A stretch of DNA of 64,000 nucleotides from positions 2,358,041-2,422,040 of the forward strand of contig NW_003314263.1 of NCBI RefSeq assembly GCF_000143415.4. The letters run 5' to 3'. How positions within the stretch are numbered: position 1 is the first letter of the stretch; each line of letters begins with the position of its first letter. Position numbers and translations under genes: made by a program. Source of the stretch: Selaginella moellendorffii (Eukaryota; Plantae; Lycopodiophyta). The notes beneath the pieces are model-generated. The model had not been told where the DNA came from and ran no database searches. It saw only the letters and a list, made by a program, of their open reading frames with translations. Positions 58,796 through 64,000 of this stretch are shown piece after piece.

Positions 58796-59977
58796 TGTCG
58801 CGGAGGTAAAGTTTTAAGCTAGAAAATCTTCTTAGTTTCCTTCATCCAAGATCGATAGATAGATATGGTTTCTTAGTTTCACTCACCGAGGAAAAAAGTT
58901 TAGCAGGATTGATTGTAGATGAAAACTATTTAGTTTAACGTGGTTCGTGTTCCAGGCAGCAAAGCGAACAATCTACGACTTTAAAATCTAGAGCTCTAGC
59001 AGATTGCTCCGGAATGTTTGGAAGCTTTCACGAAGTGAAAGAAATTTATGAGACCCTGCAAGGAATTCCAGGTGAGCATCGATGCACGACATAGATCATG
59101 AATTTCTTTTTTGTTGTCTATCCCTTTAACACAGTCGTTCGTTGCTGGTAGGAAAGGAAGCTTATCCTTTTGGCAGTGCCAGAGGCACCATAGCCGGCTC
59201 CAACAGGTTATCTCTTTCTTTCTATCCTTTTTTTTGCCTTCTCTCTCTCTTTGTAATCACACGTTCGTGCATGTTCGTCTAAGCCAGCCAAACATCAACG
59301 TCTAAAAACAACGTCATTTTCAACCACATACTTGATTTGTCCGCCGTACGGCCCATTCGTACTCCGCGAATGGGCCCCTGGCCCACTTTGATAATGGTCG
59401 CATGTGATTTACAGGCAAGCACAAGATATTTTTCCGTGGTTAAGTTACCTAGCGGGTGAAATTCTTTTCACCGCTACCGCCACCGCCTCTGATTCGAAAA
59501 TTTTCGCGGGCACTCGTCGAAAAGTTAAAACAAGGACGCCAGATGGGAAATTAAATGCAAGGTAGCCCGGACGCCAAGTTTTGTTCCAATGCGGCTAATC
59601 ACAGGTTCCCATGTATAAAGAATCTTCCCCCTGTTTAGTAATAAACTCTTTTCGCTAGTTATTTTCCCTTCCTTTGTATCGGCTCCTGGGGCGGAGCTAA
59701 AGGCGCTGCGCGTTTGAGGAGCTTCTTCCCGGCTGTGAAGGCGCTGCCTCTTCTTCTCCAAGGTCAGTAGCGATTCTCTCACGATTTCTTTGCCTGGATC
59801 GTCTTTTTCCCTTGCCTGGCGCTGCGCCGCTGCCAGATCTCTCTCTTTTGTGATTTTGCCCCCTTTTAGATCGCTAGTTTGGCTGCCGCCCTGTGTTCTT
59901 CGCGTTTTCGATCGATTCTATCTCTTGCCGTGCTTGCATTCTGGTGTTATCGGTAGGAATCGGTGTGTTCTATGTAA

Positions 59978-61569
<1,592 letters not shown>

Positions 61570-61888
61570 TCCCAGCGAGACAATGCAAGTTACAACCAGT
61601 GAAGATCATCGCTTTGCTATAGTCTAAAGGTGACTATTACTACTTCTCTACTCTACTACTGAGGTTCTTTACTCTACTCTATTTTTTTGGCTCTGAGCTT
61701 TTGCTTTCTCTTTGTACTCCCTCTATTCGCATTACGCTGGTTTTTTGTATGCTTTCAAGGATAATAATCTGGTATAAATCCGCGTCGTGGTTTACATGCT
61801 GAGTTTCAAGCCATGTACAAAAACGTTCAAGAAAGTAATAGTTTAGAGTTTCTGGGTTCGAATCTATGCCCAGACGTTATAATGTTAA

Positions 61889-61962
61889 GGCCTATTAGCT
61901 CAGCTGGTCAGACCGTGGTGCTAATAACGCCAAGGTCGCAGGTTCGATACCTGCAGAGGTCA
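61889..61962 (+). tRNA. tRNA-Ile (AAT), with stem mismatches
   Basis: GGCCTATTAGCTCAG...CT AAT AA...GCAGGTTCGATACCTGC...; C:C mismatch in D stem and A:G in acceptor stem. Confidence 0.85.
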
Positions 61963-62044
61963 AGACAAAAACGATTTTTTTAATTCAAGAATGTTCTATG
62001 GTTTATAATATCAATCTTAAAGGTTAAAACTATTTAGCGCCTAA

Positions 62045-62117
62045 GTCTGGGTGGTGTAGTTGGTCATCACGCTAGTCTCACACACTAGAGGCCCCCGGTT
62101 CGAACCCGGCTCGGACA
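62045..62117 (+). tRNA. tRNA-Val (CAC), T-stem short by one G
   Basis: GTCTGGGTGGTGTAG...CTAGT CT CAC AC ACTAG...CCCGGTTCGAACCCGG CTCGGAC A. Confidence 0.85.
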
Positions 62118-62139
62118 AATTTCTGACTTTCTCTTTTTG

Positions 62140-62460
62140 TTAGCCTTTGAAGAGCAAGAATGCCATTCTCTCCAAGTAAAAGTGAATGAAGGTACCGCAC
62201 GAATGCGTGATGAAAGACCCGAAGCTCGTTCCCACGATGCACTGCCATCCGGGTCCATAGAGCCCGTCAAACCCCTGCCAAGAAAAACTTTGAGCGATTT
62301 CATCAGAAACACTCGCTGCTACCTTTTTGATGTGCCGCGCAATCTCCTTGCAATCGTCCACCTCGTACAAATCAAGGGCCTCGGACGCCCACTCCATCGC
62401 CCGCGCTTGCATCTTCTCGGGCATATCGGTGCTTCCAATCACAGCCTTGCCTTCCAGCAT
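62140..62460 (-). CDS. Dynein light chain LC8-type; one in-frame ~48-nt intron after IKK
   Basis: MLEGKAVIGSTDMPEKMQ...IARHIKK^GFDGLYGPGWQCIVGTSFGSFITH...FLLFKG. Confidence 0.93.
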   Translation of the reverse strand: MLEGKAVIGSTDMPEKMQARAMEWASEALDLYEVDDCKEIARHIKKVAASVSDEIAQSFSWQGFDGLYGPGWQCIVGTSFGSFITHSCGTFIHFYLERMAFLLFKG

Positions 62461-62899
62461 AGTTTCTCGCTACAAATCCCTCTATGGCTCGACTCCCCAA
62501 CGAAAAGCTATCCAAAAAGCCCCCGAAAGCTCTTGATTCTCTTCTCCTCTGCAAGTTAACGCTACTCCCCTGTCTCGAAAAACCTTTAGTTTCCGGATTC
62601 CCGAAACACTGCTGTAGTTTTCTCCAGACTGGAGCGTTTCTACATATGGTGAGCTTTCACTCCTCCTTTCACCCCTTTCCTCTCTTCATGAATGGCCACG
62701 GTAATTTCTTTTGAGCCTTAAAGAACTTTCCTTTTTCTCCACCACTACGTGGAAAGCTCCCAGCATTTAGATAGTTGCTGAAAGATACTATTCACTTGGT
62801 GGCTCTTTTGTTGCCTTCTGCTGCTGTCTTTCTGATAAAGAGAAGCTTTGCGTTCACTTAATTGGAGGGACCGGAATGTTGTCGCCATGCACAAGAACC

Positions 62900-63220
62900 A
62901 TTTCATCAGCCAGGAAAGGAACTGCGCAGAAAAGAGCATCTCCTGTTCCAGCGCGTGTTTAATGTTGAGGCGGCTTAGAAACTATTCCAAGTGTTTTAGA
63001 ATTCGTCACTCCAAATCTTTGCTGCTCGCCCTCGAATGCCACCAACGCGACCGCCTTTGGACTTGAGGGCTTCATAAATCATGCGAGCTTGTTTCGCCGG
63101 TACCACCTACACAGCACCAAAACTCCGCGCAGTCTGCTTTAAGATCGTGTGTACCTTGTCACGGAACAGGATAAGAGAGATGGTTTATCGGCGAACGATC
63201 GTATCCTTGCTCATCACCTC
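62900..63220 (-). pseudogene. C-terminal fragment of an S9 (prolyl oligopeptidase family) peptidase, degenerate
   Basis: YDRSPINHL, DK^VVPAKQARMIYEALKSKG, VALVAFEGEQQRF and NIKHALEQEMLF match the RSPI / DxVVP / EGEQHGF / LEQ motif series; catalytic His lost; frameshifted. Confidence 0.7.
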
Positions 63221-63409
63221 TGAGGGAAAGAAGTTTAGAGTGAGTGAGATGACGCCAAGGCAAACGAACCAACAAGAGCGATTCGAGGACCCGAAACGAA
63301 GATTATCATCGGCTTTTGCTTTTAAGAAATGTTTTCGGGAATTTTATTTAGAAATATCTTAATTCTGAAATAAAAAAGGTAATGTTTAACGCTTAGGGTT
63401 TGAGTGGCA

Positions 63410-64000
63410 ATGGAAAATCTCCAAGAGGATGTGTTGACGCTTATTCTGAGTAAGCTTGAGGATCTGAGTGACCTTTGCAGATGTGCCGGTGTGGCCAAAT
63501 TCTTTCACAGGCTACACTGGCCTGTACTGGTGCTGAGAAGAACCCACCATGACGAAGAAAGAATGGCCAGATTGGTAATTGGTGCTCTAAGCAGTAGGCA
63601 CATGAATGGATTGCAAAAGCTAGTCATCAAGTCTGAGCAGGAAAACATAGGGGTAGAAAAGAAGGACTGGTTGATGCTGAAAAAATCTCAAGGCTCGCTC
63701 CGCACTCTAGAGCTCAATGGTTGCTTTAATGTCCCCGATTTGTGGGGAGTCATACACGGGTTTCCGAAGCTTTCAATCCTAAAACTCAAGAACAACGCCT
63801 TTAGAACTCCTCGAAGCACTCTTCCCATATCACTCCCAGGGCTCACCACAGTTTCCATAATCAAGAGTTACTACATCAATGACATCCAAGCTTTGGTGAG
63901 GGCATGTCGTGCATCTCTCGAGACACTACGAGTGGAGTGCGAATCCCACATCGAGACCATGGATCTGAGCATCACCGACTGCCCCAAGCTAGAAGAGTTG
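63410..64000 (+). CDS. F-box/LRR-like protein, 5' part (runs off the window)
   Basis: MENLQEDVLTLILSKLEDLSDLCRCAGVAKFF (F-box) followed by LxxLxL repeats (LQKLVI, LRTLEL, LSILKL, LETLRV); open to the window end. Confidence 0.85.
   Translation, partial: MENLQEDVLTLILSKLEDLSDLCRCAGVAKFFHRLHWPVLVLRRTHHDEERMARLVIGALSSRHMNGLQKLVIKSEQENIGVEKKDWLMLKKSQGSLRTLELNGCFNVPDLWGVIHGFPKLSILKLKNNAFRTPRSTLPISLPGLTTVSIIKSYYINDIQALVRACRASLETLRVECESHIETMDLSITDCPKLEEL

Overview
This is eukaryotic plant genomic DNA. Short ~50-90 nt GT-AG introns, an F/A/A/R-type NIP and a Tcn1-like chromovirus suggest a lycophyte such as Selaginella (inference). The first ~36 kb is a nested Ty3/gypsy cluster of four complete elements, each bounded by paired LTRs and a 5-bp TSD. 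Element A (2773-16677; non-chromovirus, lacks RT/RNase H, three tandem protease-like domains) contains element B (3604-11136; Galadriel-like chromovirus). Element D (22543-35785; Tcn1/Tf1-like, self-priming, -1 frameshift) contains element C (25189-32862; non-coding LARD-like partner of B). Older relics of the B/C families and an intronless AT-rich bulb-lectin ORF lie between them. The last ~25 kb is gene-dense: NPF pseudogene, Harbinger relic, NIP aquaporin, NPF transporter, metallo-beta-lactamase-fold gene, BAHD acyltransferase, two tandem orphan paralogs, chloroplast RRM protein, beta-tubulin, tRNA-Ile/tRNA-Val, dynein LC8, an S9 peptidase fragment and a partial F-box/LRR gene. Two observations stand out. 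(1) The integrase of the young element B is split by two short canonical spliceosomal-type introns whose removal exactly restores conserved motifs. (2) A multi-helix RNA structure with compensatory base changes (two T-loop hairpins plus a 4-way junction with a probable pseudoknot) is shared by the 3' UTR of B and the non-coding element C, where its 3' module is duplicated.
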